From Gracilinanus agilis (lineage: Eukaryota): a stretch of 64,000 nucleotides of DNA. Position numbers and translations under genes: made by a program. The notes beneath the pieces are model-generated. The model was given only the letters and a program-made list of their open reading frames with translations, made no database searches and was not told the DNA's origin. The stretch spans positions 490,964,049 through 491,028,048 of the forward strand of contig NC_058132.1 of assembly GCF_016433145.1 (NCBI RefSeq), in the 5' to 3' direction. Positions 26,401 to 39,640 of this stretch are shown here, one piece after another (position 1 is the stretch's first letter; each line of letters begins with the position of its first letter).

Positions 26401-27049
26401 TATTGACATTGTTAGAGTATATATCTATACATAGGAAAAACATCAGTTTAAGTTGATTTAAAATAGGCTTCAGGTTAACATGAGTATTTTAGTCTTTTCT
26501 CTTAGTAGAATACTTAAAAAATAATTTTTTTAAATTGTATTTCAGAGATATGCAACATAAGTTACATTAGACTTCACATGAATCACTTAACCTTTCAGGA
26601 CTTCTTTCAATTGGAGGTCAGATTCTGGGCAAAGTTAGACTATTTCCTCACAGCAAGCTGGGAAATTCCAATTATTTCAGGTTTTAGGGGGTTAGTGACA
26701 TCCCTTTAATGACCAGCCACCTAAACTATACTCTTACCTTTGATTGCTGACCTCCAGACAATTACAAGTTACTCTGTGGAACTGAAAAAACACATGAACA
26801 GCCTCTGAATAGTCCTTTTAGAAGATAAGGGGCAGGTGAGATAGGGAAATAAGAAACTGAATTCTCAGTGAGAAGATAAGGGCAGATCTCTCTATCTTAA
26901 CCCAAGTTTAATGAGTGAAGTCATTTAGTTTTGGGTTGCCTTAAGGTTTTAGTTCTGGCATAGATGTCATTCTTATCACATTTGCTGATGATCAAGTGAA
27001 AAGGCAGTTGGGAGATAGACCTGCTGATAGACAGCCAAGAGTAGGACAT

Positions 27050-27610
27050 AATAACTGAATCATAGATGCATGGAGGAGAGTAAAGTATATGAAGACTAGA
27101 AAGGTAGGCAAGGGCTAGGTTGTTGATGGCTTTAAGTGACAAACATAGGATTTTCTATTTGATCCTAGAGGTAACAAGGTAACAAGGAAAGGAGAATGAT
27201 ATGGTCAACCAAAACTTTAGGGAAGGTGCTTTGGCAGCTGAGCGGTGTGAATTAGAATGAGGGAAAGAAGAGGCAAGGGGACCAATTAGAAGGCTATTTC
27301 AGGAATCCAGGTCAGCAGGGTCAAGTTCAAATAGAAACAGGAGCCACTAAACCCTACATAAGGATCTCTGCAAGCCACATGTTAACTTTGTTTTAAAATG
27401 TAATATCATCTTTGTATTATTGTATTTTACATTGTTAAAAATTTCCCAATTATGTTCTCATCTGACTTGAACTATACTCAAGAGTTTTGTGGGGTCTGCA
27501 TGTGGCATGTTGACATCTAGGTGGAAGGTGATGAGGTGGCTTTCATTTGGGTGATGGCTCTGGGAGTGAAGAGAAGGGACTGTATATGAGAGACATGGTG
27601 AAGGGAGAAG
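27050..27610 (-). mobile_element. L2 fragment interrupted by a hAT MITE
   Basis: aagactagaaaggtaggcaagggc...atttgatcctagaggtaac...ccaattagaaggcta. Confidence 0.65.
27313..27514. mobile_element. Old hAT-type MITE
   Basis: Degenerate TIR (cag..gggtcaagttcaaatagaaac / tgttgac); flanks ATCCAGGT (27305-27312) and ATCTAGGT (27515-27522). Confidence 0.55.
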
Positions 27611-27734
27611 GGAGATTTGTATCACACTGTCTGCAACAACAGTGTATATAGAGACTGGGCTTGAAGTTAGGAATACCCGAGTTCAAATCTGACCTCAGAC
27701 ACTTAATAGCCGTATGATTCTGGGCAAGTCACAT

Positions 27735-27863
27735 NNNNNNNNNNNNNNNNNNNNNNNNNNNNNNNNNNNNNNNNNNNNNNNNNNNNNNNNNNNNNNNNNN
27801 NNNNNNNNNNNNNNNNNNNNNNNNNNNNNNNNNNNNNNNNNNNNNNNNNNNNNNNNNNNNNNN
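27735..27863. other. Assembly gap (129 N)
   Basis: Run of N that cuts a SINE. Length deduced from the 43 X codons in ORF 27714-27965. Confidence 0.95.
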
Positions 27864-27899
27864 CACACATATTTTATTTTTCTAGTTATGGGTGCCACA

Positions 27900-28164
27900 C
27901 TGAAAGTAGGATGTTGTTTAACTAGAGAGTGCCAGGCCTGGAGTCAGGAAGATTCATCATCCTGAGTTCCACTTTGACCTTAGACTAGGTCCCTTGACCA
28001 GTGGAACCCTGGGCAAGATCCTTAAACCTGCTTGCTTCTATTTCCTCATCTGTAAAATGAACTGGAGAAATGGCAAACCACTCCAGTATCTTTGCCAAGA
28101 AAACCTCAAGTGATGTCACAAAGAGTCAGGCATGGCTGAAAATGACTGAACATCAATAACAAAA
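27900..28164 (+). mobile_element. Mar1 SINE
   Basis: gccaggcctggagtcaggaag...ggagaaatggcaaaccactccagtatctttgccaagaaaac. Confidence 0.8.
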
Positions 28165-28169
28165 TAGAG

Positions 28170-28630
28170 AGTCTGAAGGGATCACCAACGAAGGGTTCTT
28201 ATAATTCCATATAAGGATCAATTAAAGGAATTGGGAATATTTAGTTCAAAGAAGAGAAAGAAGAGGATGAGATGGAGGAGGAAGAGGGATGGGGAATAAG
28301 AAAGCTTTCTTCAAGAAATAAAAGAATAAGAAAGCTTTCTTCAAGTACATAAAGGTACATATGGAAAAGGGATGCATTTTTTCCTCATGGCCCTAGAAGA
28401 CAGAACTAAAAGCAATGTTATGAAGACAGATTTTAGCTCCCATATATGGGGAAATTCTAAAAATGAGAGCTACCGGAAAAGAAGGAAGGGTTTGACACCC
28501 TTGAGAAGTCTTCTTGAAAAATAGGTTCCCCTTCACTGGACATTGTCTAGAAAAGACTCAATGAGCACTTATTGGGAATGTTGTGATATGGTTCTCAGTC
28601 AGGTAAAAACTGGATGAGATGACTTCAGTT
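28170..28630 (+). mobile_element. L3/CR1 3' end
   Basis: aaggaattgggaatatttag...ttcttcaagtaca...ggccctagaagacagaacta...ggttccccttcactgga. Confidence 0.7.
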
Positions 28631-28631
28631 C

Positions 28632-28845
28632 TTGTTCACTCATTTTAGTCATGTCTGACTCTTCATGACCCCTTTTAGGTGGCAAATATACTCCAGCTCA
28701 TTTTATAGATGAGGGAACCGAGGCAAACAGGATTGTAATTTTCTCAGGGTCGCATAGCTATTAAGTGTCTGAGGTCAGATTTGAACTCAGGAAGACACTC
28801 CAGGAAGGCTGGCATTCTATCCACTGCATCACCTAGCTGCCTCTT
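28632..28845 (-). mobile_element. Mar1 SINE
   Basis: tagtcatgtctgactcttcatgacccc...gatttgaactcaggaag...cacctagctgcc. Confidence 0.8.
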
Positions 28846-28977
28846 CCAGCTCAAAGTTTTAGATTCCGTGAAATTCACATTTAGCCAGGTGCAGAAGAAG
28901 TATTTTGTTCTAAAGGACTATGTTCTGAGAACATGGGCTATTTACAGCTCAAAGGAAATCTAAAAGATGCTTTGGTA

Positions 28978-29174
28978 CATGAGTTCTTAACCTGAGGTCC
29001 ATGGTCTTCCAAAGGAGACCATGACTCAGTTTGATAGAGAGGGAAAGAACATCTTAATTTTCATCAACTTATAAATTTAGCAATTCATTCAATTATTTAA
29101 AGGCATTATTCTGAGAAGGGCTTCATAGATTTCACTAGACAGCCAAAGAGTCCTATAAGAATTGAGAACCCCTA
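28978..29174. mobile_element. hAT-Charlie MITE (Charlie4-like, old)
   Basis: gagttcttaacctgaggtccatg...cattattctgagaaggg...gagaacccct; related to 41321, 45230 and 58934. Confidence 0.65.
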
Positions 29175-29272
29175 AATTACTACAGTCAATGAGAGACTTG
29201 AGACCCATAGAGAAAAATTATCCTTCTCCTATCCTGTATGCCTCTTTCTTTTGAAAAAGGGTTCTCTTACTC

Positions 29273-29470
29273 TTTTTTTAAAAACCCTTACCTTCCATCT
29301 TAGAATCAAGCAAGAATCAATACTTTTTATTGGATCCAAGAGCAGTAAAAGCTAGGAAATGGGAGTTAAGTGACTTGCCCAGGGTCACACAGCTAATAAA
29401 TGAGGCTGGATTTGCATTCAGGACTCCTGTCTCCCAGAGCTAGCTTTCAATCCACTGAGCCACCTAACTG
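29273..29470 (-). mobile_element. SINE1_Mdo-type SINE
   Basis: aaaacccttaccttccatcttagaatcaa...gttaagtgacttgcccagggtcacacagc. Confidence 0.85.
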
Positions 29471-32435
29471 AGATTAGACTTAGGTGGTGACTTCCTGATA
29501 AGGCAATAAAATTGGATTGTGGTGTAGACAGAGAGTTTCAAAAAAGAAGGAAAGGGTTGACACCCTTGAGAAGTCTTCTTGAGAAATAGGTTCTCCTTCA
29601 TTGGACATTGTCTAGAAAAGACTCAGTGATCACTTAACTGGGAATATTGTAATAGGGTTCTCTATCAGGTAAAAACTGAATGAGATGACCTCAGTTCTTG
29701 TTCACTCTCATGTGAGTCTTCATGACCCCATTTGGGGGGCAAAGATACCAGAATGGTTTCCTATTTCCTTCTCCAGCTCATTTTACAGATGAGGAAACTG
29801 AATTTTCCCTTTTCCCAGAATTCAACCCAACAACTACTCTCAGGTTTTTCTCCAGGCTTCTTAGAATCTCCAGGTTTAGACATACACCTCTGAAAATAGG
29901 TTAAAATCAGGCCAGCCTCTGGATTTGAGGGGCTGAAATATCCTTGGCCCCAGGGGAATTTTTCTCCAAGTCTTTGGTGGTTTGTCAAATGTCAAACCAA
30001 GGAGTCCCTAAGGGCAGTCATTCTAATTTGACTACCAGAAGCCTAGTACAAGTATATAAATGATGCAGAGGCCCTCCCCGATTTCCTTGCATTAGGATAC
30101 ATGCCAACTGGGGTATGTTACTGTTATGACAAGATAGCTTTAAAAATTATTAGATGCAAGTCAGCGTCTTGTACCAACGTGGGCATGCTGTTATTAAGCA
30201 ATATCTATTTACCATAGGGTTATGGAAGCAGGGCATTCTAGACAATCAGCAAAAGATGGAAAGCTGAGAAGCAGCAACAAATTCTGCATTGAAATGTAAA
30301 AATAAATCACTAAATCTCACCTTCAACATACCTATGTGAGCCTAATCTGATTTTCCCACCAGTACTGGGCAATCCATCCTTAATTACATGGAAGTTGACC
30401 AAATATGAGCATTTGATTAACTCTGTTCTTTTTCTTTAAAGTCGTTGGTTTGTTTTTGTTTTTGTTTTTTAATCCTCCTCTAACCTTCTAAAGGTCTCCT
30501 TTTTGCTTTCCTCAAGCATCCTCTCCCTCCCTGCTACATAGCACTGTGTACACTTGCTATGACAAGACAAAATGCCTCAGCATTTCAGGCAGCCTTCCCC
30601 CTTCCCTCTCCCTTGTGAGGTGACTCCAAGCAGACCATTGAGATCACATCATTAGTTCATCACTACAGAGCAATGTTGCTGAACTGACCTACTTTTCATA
30701 TTTGCCTACAGCAGGCTAATCCTGTTTAGCATTGCCGAAAGGGGATGGGGCAGAGCCAGGAGCTTTCTGACTGGTACAGATGGCAGTCTTCTGCAGTGAT
30801 CGTTGGTTTAATCTGTTTGTTCTTCTGTTTTCTATTAGTCTAGAGGGTTGGGAGAAGAGCAGAAGAGGTGAGGTAAGGATAGAGGCTTTAAGCCCGGGGA
30901 TATTTTGTGTCTCCTATTCAGCCTTTTTCAACGGAAATGGAGCATTATGATTAATTATTTTGTGATTCAGAGACCCAAAGTTTTCTCCAAACTTTATAAG
31001 CAAATCACAAGACAGAAACTGAGATACCTAACAAACATATATACATATTTAGAACTTTTATTCTTTTCTGAAATGCAGGTACTTTTGACTATGAAGGATT
31101 ACCTGTCAATTTTTTTTCTGAAATATTCAATTTGTGATTTGACAGAGGCATAGTGTACCCTGTGGTCAGCAGAGTACCTCAGTGGTAAGATTTCCTTGAT
31201 TGCAGTATCAAGTATTCCTTGAATGCAGGACACATTCTTGTGTCCCCTTTATTCCCTGAAAACATAATAAGAAGAGTAGCAAAGCTATGGTACAGAAGGG
31301 AAGGACACTTCATTTAGGAAAATTGAATTTTAGTCTGCCACTTTCTCCTTATGACCTTAAATCATCTAACCTCCTTAGGTATCAGTTTCCTCATCTGTAA
31401 AATGGGAATATATTCTGACCTCCCTCCCTTATAGCAATGTTCTGAGAAAAGCACTTTATAAGCCATAAAATATCATATAAATACAAGCTTCTACTTCTTA
31501 TGATCTTAAGATAATTTCTGGGAGGTAATGCTAAAAGTTTTGCTACTAAGCCATGGCTGAGCTTTGCATTTTTTAAGACAAATCCCAGATATCTAAAATA
31601 CAAAAATAAGAACTCAAAAATTGATATTCTCTCAAATGGAGAGGTTGCTTCCCAGTGAAAGAATCTTCATTGTCATAAATCCAACCTTCTTATTTTACAA
31701 AGGGTAAAGTGATAAGACAGGAAACAAATAGAAGAATCAAAAAATCAGACCTGGGTCCTCTGTTCTGTAGCTGATGGTCTTTAGCATGACACCAGGTCTC
31801 TCACTTTCTCCCACATTCACACATCTGGAATAATCATTGTTGATAGCATCATCTTTTAAATACAAATGATCATGGTGAGGAACTTCTCTGGCACAGTGTC
31901 TGTACCTCTCATTTGGCACACTGATCATATCTGGACCTGTAGCAATAATTATCTTTTCACCTGGTACATATCTATCATCTCCTTAATTAAAACATAAGAT
32001 CATAGGTAGAAAGCTAGAAGACACCTTAGAGTTCATCTTGGTGAAGAAACTGGGGACCAGAGAATTTAAATGGACAACTCCACAGAAATTGTCATTGGCA
32101 TGGCTTGGATTTGAATGCCACCAAACCCACTATTCTTTGCCTGTTCCATGTTACTTTGAAGACAGAGCAAGCTGAGATAATACATTTGTGTAACCCAGAC
32201 AAGGCTCAGAAATTATCCCTCTCCCATCCTGCATGCCTCTGTCTGTTGGAAGTTTTGAGTCGATCTTGTAATGTATTCAACTTGACTCTAATTCATTTCC
32301 ATTCAATTCAGCTCAACAAACATTTACTAACCATACATTCTGTGCAATGACATCAGAAAATAAATACTTACCTGACATAAAGAGCTAAATTTCCTTACAG
32401 AAAAAAATATTTACCTTTTCAAAAAGCACCATTAA

Positions 32436-32476
32436 TATATATATATATATGTGTGTGTGTATATATATATATATAT
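32436..32476 (+). repeat. (TA)n(TG)n(TA)n compound microsatellite
   Basis: Direct reading. Confidence 0.9.
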
Positions 32477-33967
32477 TCTCTGTCATATCACCCCCAGCAA
32501 GCCATGCTGTTTTCAGACAGCTGTTTTAATCTTTGTTCTGGGGTATGGCCCAGAACTTATCTTAGTCTTGGATCTGAGGTCTGGCCTGTGTTTACTTCTA
32601 CTTGTCCCCTTTTCCTAGCACAATGTCATTTATATTGTAGAGATTCAGTAAATGTTTGTTGATAATGGTGATACTTAGGATGTTGACATAAAATTGCTTA
32701 TGGTACATAATTGTAACACAATTTAAAAAAAACTTGACTATCATACTTGGAACTCTTGTGAATAAATTATTCTGACTAGCTAAGTTTTTCCAGTGATCAC
32801 TTGTTTCATTTTAGTTATTTCAAATGATTTTCTAAAATTGTGATGTCTCTGACTTTTTTTTAACAAAATACCCAGAAAGTAATTTAACCTCTTCTTGAGG
32901 CCTTGGGTCATCATTTAAATATCAGTCATTGTACTATGATGGTGATTCAGGGCCAGTTAGGGTTTGCAGTGTTTGTATACTAAATGTTCCCAAACTACTG
33001 TGCTTTTTTTGGTTTAGTTATCTTTAGAAAAAGTATTTTGTGCCTTCCTTTGCTTTCAGGCTGTTACTTCTTGCTGTTGTCACTGTGCCTGGCTATGGCA
33101 GACACTCTCTCCCTTTCTTACTGCTATTTCTGATCTGCTATGAGCTTGGAAGTGAGATAACCAGAGAAACCAAAGCTTCTTTATGGAGAAGCTTTCATTG
33201 TAGGGAGAAGTGCAATTTTCTAACTGGTTGAGCCTAGAAAAGAATGTTTCTGTATTTTAAAGCTAACAGGATATTCATCAGACCCCTCCTTGATATTTTT
33301 CTGCCCTGCCACTGGTCTAAATATGACTTGGATACAAATTTCATTAAGGAATCATTTTTTTTAATCCATAGCCATTAATGGAGTGCCTACTATGTACCTT
33401 ACTTTTCCATCATTAAATAGACTTGACGAAACCATTTGACTCCATATTGTCCAAGGAGAGGGGAAAGAAGAAAGAGTTGTGTAGCAATTATTATGAAGTT
33501 GAAAGAGTTAAATGATTTATCCAAGGTTAAACAGATAAAAAGGCAGAGAACCAATATTTGAACCTAAGTGAACTGTCTCCAGATGATCCAATTTTCTTTC
33601 CACTGCATTACTCCTCTGGGCTAAGTTTTGGCTAGTCCAGATTTATCCAGGAGCTAATTCAATAGACTCTATGTTCCATGAAAGCATCGACTCTGCCTTA
33701 TTTAATCTTTGACTCTTGCCTAACACAGCATTTTTCAAATAGTAGGAACTTAATCAGTCTTTGGTCAATTGGATTAGATTTTAATTTTATAAGATATTGA
33801 ATAGCATTAGAAACACTGTTCTTCATGAGTTAAATATAAGCCAAATGGTTGGTAACTAGGTGTCATTTTTGGCATCAATATCAGTAAAATAACTAAAAAC
33901 ATGTCCTGTCATGGGAGCAACCACTGGTTGCTTATAACAAGAGCTCATATTTCTATGTTGCTTTAAT

Positions 33968-34143
33968 TTTATTTAAACCCTTACCTTCCATCTTAGAATC
34001 AATTCTAAGTATGGGCTAGGTAATGGGGGTTAAATGATTCGCTCAGGGTCACACAGCTAGGAAGTTTCTAATGTCAGCTTTGAACCCAGAACCTCCCATG
34101 TTTAGGCCTGGCTCTCAATTCACGGAACCACCCAGCTGCCCCC
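33968..34143 (-). mobile_element. SINE1_Mdo-type SINE nested in a MIR, 15-bp TSD
   Basis: Flanks tctatgttgctttaa / tctgtgttgctttaa; the host MIR spans about 33930-34335. Confidence 0.85.
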
Positions 34144-36621
34144 TCTGTGTTGCTTTAAATCTTACATAGTATTTAGCTTCACAACAACCTATGAGGCAGG
34201 TGTTACAAGTATTATCATCCCCATTTTATAGATTAGAAAAGTTGGGCCCAAAAAGATTAAATGACTTGCTCAGGGTCACAGAGCTACTAAGGCTCAGAAC
34301 CAGCATTAGAACCCAGGTTGCCTAACTCCGGTCCAACATCTTTTTTTATCATCTCTCTTAAAAGAGCTACCATTTGAGTTTTCTTATGACTGTTAATACA
34401 AATACAGGCTGTGTCTTTTTGATGTCAAACAAATGCTTGAGGCATTCATTTCCCTTAAAAAGTCTGTCATGCTGGGGGTGAAAATCAAGCAAATTCTGGT
34501 GTTTATTTCTTTAGATATGTAACTAGTTCATTAAATTTTTTGGTTTTCACTGGGTTGTTGTGTCATTGTTATGAAATAGCCACCATGTCAGGGCCATCCA
34601 ATGGCTTTTGGCCTCATAAATTTATTAAAACCTGGTGCGAATAGGATGCAGTGACATTTCACTTGTTCTATTAACTACTCTCTAGATTCCCCAACCAGTC
34701 CACCCACTCACCCAAACCCCAAAACTCCCTGTGAAGGGAGAAAGTGGTAGCTAGCAGCTATATTGACAACCTCAAGGACTGAGCAAATTGTGACATGTTT
34801 CAGTGAGAAGGGTGTCTTTTAGTTCCCACAGAAGCCTTTTTTTTTTTTTAAAGAAGAATACATGTTCTCATTGCTGGGTGTCAACTGTTGTTATAAACCA
34901 CAAATATTGAGGCTGAGCTCCTGCCCTTTTTTCAGGACTTGTGCCAGGGAAGGAAGATGGACTGGGTGAATTTTGCACTGGGTATGCTGCTACTGTACCA
35001 CCAAGTAAAATCATTTTTCATTTTTCTCCCCTCATAAGGAATTTAGGGCACTTGGTGTTGGACTTTTGGTGGTTGTTTTGGAATGAATTCAGAGTAATAA
35101 GGTGTTACATGATTCTAGACAGCTCTAGTGGGTTGGGTTGGTAGCTTTTGCCAAATTCAAGTTGTAGCGCTTGGATGACCTCAAACAAGTTCACAGAGAC
35201 TTGATTTGAAATGGTAAGAAAAGTCCAGTATTCCTTTCCTGGAAACCTTTAAAAATAGGTTCTACAGCCATCTCTTTTGGAATATTTCCCAGGCTCTTCT
35301 TGGACATCTCTATCCATATACTTCCCCCTTTCCATCCCTCATTTTGTTTCATCTTGCCCTGGGTGAATGTCAGTTCCTTGAGGGCAGGACTGTCTCTTTT
35401 TTGCTTGTATTTGTATTCTGAGCATTTAGCATAGTGTTTGGCATAGAAAGGGCTTAAGTCATCTGTCTATCTATCATCTTTCTATGGCTTGCAGGATGAG
35501 GTAAATGGTTTATTGAAGTCTCTTACAACTCTTGTTCTTTGGCTTTATAAAGAAGCAGAATGAGAATGCAATGAGTAAAACATGGATGGGTTCCTCTCTT
35601 CCCTTCTCCTCTTTTTCTTTTCCTCCTGCTATTCTACTTTCTTTGCTTGAAAACAGGAGTTCTTCTGCCAATGGTGTATGGTTAGCCCAGCTCTCTTGTC
35701 TTATACTAATGCTCTCTCAGAAGCCATTGTGTTATGGCTCCTCTACTTTCATCCCTTTCAACATCCTGTTGAAACCCCTGCATTCCATTCACTTATAAAA
35801 GAATGTGGACCCTGATCTGTACTTTTGGATGCTGACTCAAACTGCAAATACTATGGAAGTTCTGCTATTGACTACAGCCTGCTAAGGAGGGAGGAATAGG
35901 GTTGCAAATATGTGCCACCTCTTCAGAGAGTATAGATCCCCCTTTGCCTAATGTTTCTAAAGAGGCCCAGTTTTTTTTTAAGATTATGTGCCTTCACTAC
36001 TCCCAGAAGACTACCATGAATAATGCTACTTCTCTGCCTCTTCTCCCTTCTTCCTCACTTCCCCAGATCTTAGTGGTGGTATCAGAACTCATTTACATAA
36101 TGCACTCATTTATTCTCCCCAACTTATCCCTAAGGGATATCATTTTGGGGGCTACACACTGAACATATAGAGAGGCTATATGACAGCAGGTTAACTAAAT
36201 CAATCAAATGGAATATAGTGAAGGAGACAAAATAAGCTGCTGAAGGCTTTTGTTCCCTGGCACAACTTTGAAAAGGGTGATGCATGCTAGGGAATAATCA
36301 AGGACCCTTTGACTCTTTTAGAGTAGCAAGTCTAAGAGCAGAATCAGAAGAAGCTACAGGTGGTTTAGGCTGTAGCTACAGCTTCATATCAAAGAAGATT
36401 CTTTCTGTCTATGTATGTGTGTATATATACGTGTGGGTGCTTGCTCACATCATGTTCCATAAATTGATTATTTCAGCCACTGTAAACAGACACAGACAGA
36501 AACCCAATAAAGCAGCAAACCCTATTTGTGAGGATTGTTGACTGCATAAATGGTAGTGAATAAATGAATGAATGAGGGAGGGAGGAGAGTGAATGAAAAG
36601 TCATTTAATAAGCACTTACTA

Positions 36622-37307
36622 TGGAGAGTGTAAAAGCTGGCTTGAAACTTAACATTAAAAAAAAACACCCTAAGATCTTGGCAACTGATCCCATCATTTC
36701 CTGGCAAACAGAGGAGAAAAATGGAAGCAATGTCAAACTTTATATTCTACGGCTGAAAGATCACTGCAAACGGCAACTGCAGCCATGAAATTAAAAGTTG
36801 CTTGCTCCTTGGAAGGAAAGCTCTGGCAAATCTGGACAGCATACTAAAAAGCAGAGACATTACTTTGCCAAAAAAAAGGTCCGTACAATCAAAGCTATGG
36901 GTTTTCCAGTAATAATGTATGACTGTGAGAGTTAGACTATAAGGAAAACGGAGTACCACAGAACTGACACTTTCAAATTGTGGTGCTAGAGAAGACTTTT
37001 GAAAGTCCCTTAGGCAGCAAGGAAAGGAAATGAAAGAAATTAATTCAGACTATTCACTGGAAAGTCAAATATCGAAGCTGAAGATTCAATACTTTGACTA
37101 CTTAATAAAAATACAGGACTCACCGGAAAAGACCCTGATGTTGGAAGGACTAAAGGCAAAAAGAGAAGAGGTTAGCATGAGATGGCTACATAGTCTCATG
37201 GAATATGAACTTGGACAGACTTCAAAAGGATAGTGGAGGATAGAAGGGACTGGAGTGCTTATGGCCCTTGGAGTCACGGAAGAGGAGAATATGATTAAAC
37301 AACAACA
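36622..37307 (+). mobile_element. RTE-BovB LINE 3' fragment
   Basis: Frameshifted translation LDSILKSRDITLP...IKAM...LKIQYF...EKTLML...MRWL matches the BovB RT C-terminus; (AAC)n tail; inserted into an L2 tail. Confidence 0.9.
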
Positions 37308-38336
37308 TTTGTTAGGAACATCATGTTAAATGGCTAATGGTACAAATGGAAGAGCAAGATAGGAACTTATATCCTAATGAGGTAGACAATATAGCCTGGG
37401 AACTTATATTCTAATAAGGATAGTGGCTAAGGAAGGATATTTTGGTCTAGAAAGTGGAACAATAGAGCTGTCAACTGATCTGCTCTTTACAACAACAATG
37501 GTAGTGTTGATTCGATTAAAATTCAGAGCAAGAGATATGCAGGAGAAATGGATGGGGAGGAAAGGGAGGATGAATAGATGTGTAGCTGGGGTAAAATAGT
37601 ATGGCTCTAGGGAGGTCAGAGATAAGTGGCTAAGCAACTCCTGGGTCTGGCCTCTGATGCTCTGGTTTGGAAGATGAAGAATTAGCAGTGGTAGAATAGA
37701 AACAATAATTGGGAACTTTAGTTAGATTATGCTTTTTTTAATGACTAGTAAAGTTGAAACTAAAGGGTACAATTGAATGGATAAAAATTCAAGGAAAATG
37801 AATTTATTTTGGTGGGGCAAGTATGGGATCAATTAATCAATAAATACCTATTGAACATTTATTCTAGCATGTATGAGTGTTCCAACTACTACTCCATTGA
37901 GAAAGATTAGTAATTTCTCTGTAACTTATACCACTAGTTTACATCAGAGGCAGGACTTGAACTCAAACCTTTATAACTCTAAGGCCAGTATTCAATCTAT
38001 TACTATACAACTCTCTAAAATAAAATCTTAAAGAAATCTACTCCTTCCTAGAGATCACTAAAATAATTATCTAATTAGCCTAATAACATTAAAATAATAG
38101 CTGGAAATGAGGAGTAAATTAAGTTGACCCCTTAATGGGTAGTAACGTGGTGAATATCAGGAGTCAGGAAGACCTGCTTTGGAATCTAACCTCATGTGCT
38201 TATTAGCTGTTTGACCCTGGGCAAATCATTTAACTTTTGTCCGATTCAATTTCCTCATCTGTAAAGTGAGAAAGGTAATAATAGTGCCTACCTCCCAGGA
38301 TTATTGTGAGGATCAAATGTGATAACATTTTAAAAA

Positions 38337-38960
38337 ATTTTCATGTTAATAGCAAATTTCCACAAAAGTTTTCCAAAGTTATAGGATCCAAATTGTCTCC
38401 TTCCCTTCTTCCCTTTCCCCCTCCTGGAGCTGGCAAGCAATTCAATCTGGGTTATACATGTATTATCACACAAAATGTTTTTCCATATTATTCATTTTGG
38501 TAAGTGAATAATCTTATAAAACCAAAACCCCAAAACCTATACCCAAATAAACAAGTGATTAATCATATGCTTTCATCTGCATTTCTACTCCAACAGTTCT
38601 TTCTCTGGAGGTGGACAGCATTCTTTTTCATAAGTCCCTCAGAATTGTTCTGTGTCATCATATTGCTGTTAGTAGCTAATTTTCACATTTGATCATTCCA
38701 CAATATTGCTGTTACTGTGTACAGTGTCGTCCTGGTTCTGCTTATTTCACTCTGCATCAGTTTACATAGGTCTTTCCAGCTCTTTCTGAAATCATCCTGT
38801 TCATCATTCCTTATAGCACAATAGTATTACATCACCATCATATACCACAATTTTTTCAGCTATTCCCCAATTGAGGAACATCTCTTTAGTTTCCAATTCT
38901 TTGCCACCACAAAAAGAGCAGCTATAAATATTTTTGTACAAGCAGATCCTTTCCCTTTTT
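38337..38960 (-). mobile_element. Marsupial L1 3' end
   Basis: cagttctttctctggaggtggacagc...gcacaatagtattacatcacc...ttccaattctttgccaccacaaaaagagcagctataaata. Confidence 0.88.
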
Positions 38961-39399
38961 TTAAAATGAGATAACATATTTAAACTTCTTGTCGACCATA
39001 AAGCACAATGAATGCTAGCTTTTCTTTTTTGAAAATCAGAATAGAAAATGCGGGAACATATAGTTCAATTTTATTCTTAAAGCAAAACACACAACATGTT
39101 CTCATATGTACTGACATTATTTATATGTGTCCCCTGGAAGAGGACAGGGACCTCGTGTCATTTATCATTATATCTTAAATGCCTAGAATATTGCTCTGCA
39201 TGTAGGAGTTAGGGAAAGGACTGGACCTGTACTTTTATCAGTGTTGAGAGCTCCCAGTTAGAAGCTTCCTTTACCAATACAAGAGAAAATCTTTTTGGGA
39301 TCACTTAGGGGTTAAGAGACTTGCATAGGATCGTGCAACCAACACATGTCAGAGTCGGGTCTTGAAACCAGTTCTTCCTGACTTCAGTGCCAGCTCTCT

Positions 39400-39640
39400 G
39401 TTATTTAGTCATTTCAGTCATGTCCAACTCTTTGTGACACCATTTGAGTTTTTCTTGGCAAAGCTCCTGGAGTGATTTGCCATTTCCTTCTCCAGGTCAT
39501 TTTACAGATGAAGAAACTGAGGCAAACAGGGTTAAGTGTCTTGCCCAGGGTCAAACAGCTAATAAGTGTCCAAAATGGATTTTAACTCAGGTCTTCCTGA
39601 CTCTGAGGCCAGTGCTCTATCCACTTAAACACCTAGCTTC
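39400..39640 (-). mobile_element. Mar1 SINE
   Basis: tttcagtcatgtccaactc...tttgccatttccttctccag...gaggcaaacagggttaag. Confidence 0.85.

Noticed and set aside
28296-28345. 21-bp direct repeat aataagaaagctttcttcaag (similar small repeats near 50531/50565 and 55715)
   Set aside because: Ordinary slippage duplications inside old LINE fragments.
37030-37233. 67-aa ORF with a protein-like sequence
   Set aside because: It is a piece of the decayed BovB reverse transcriptase, not a host gene.
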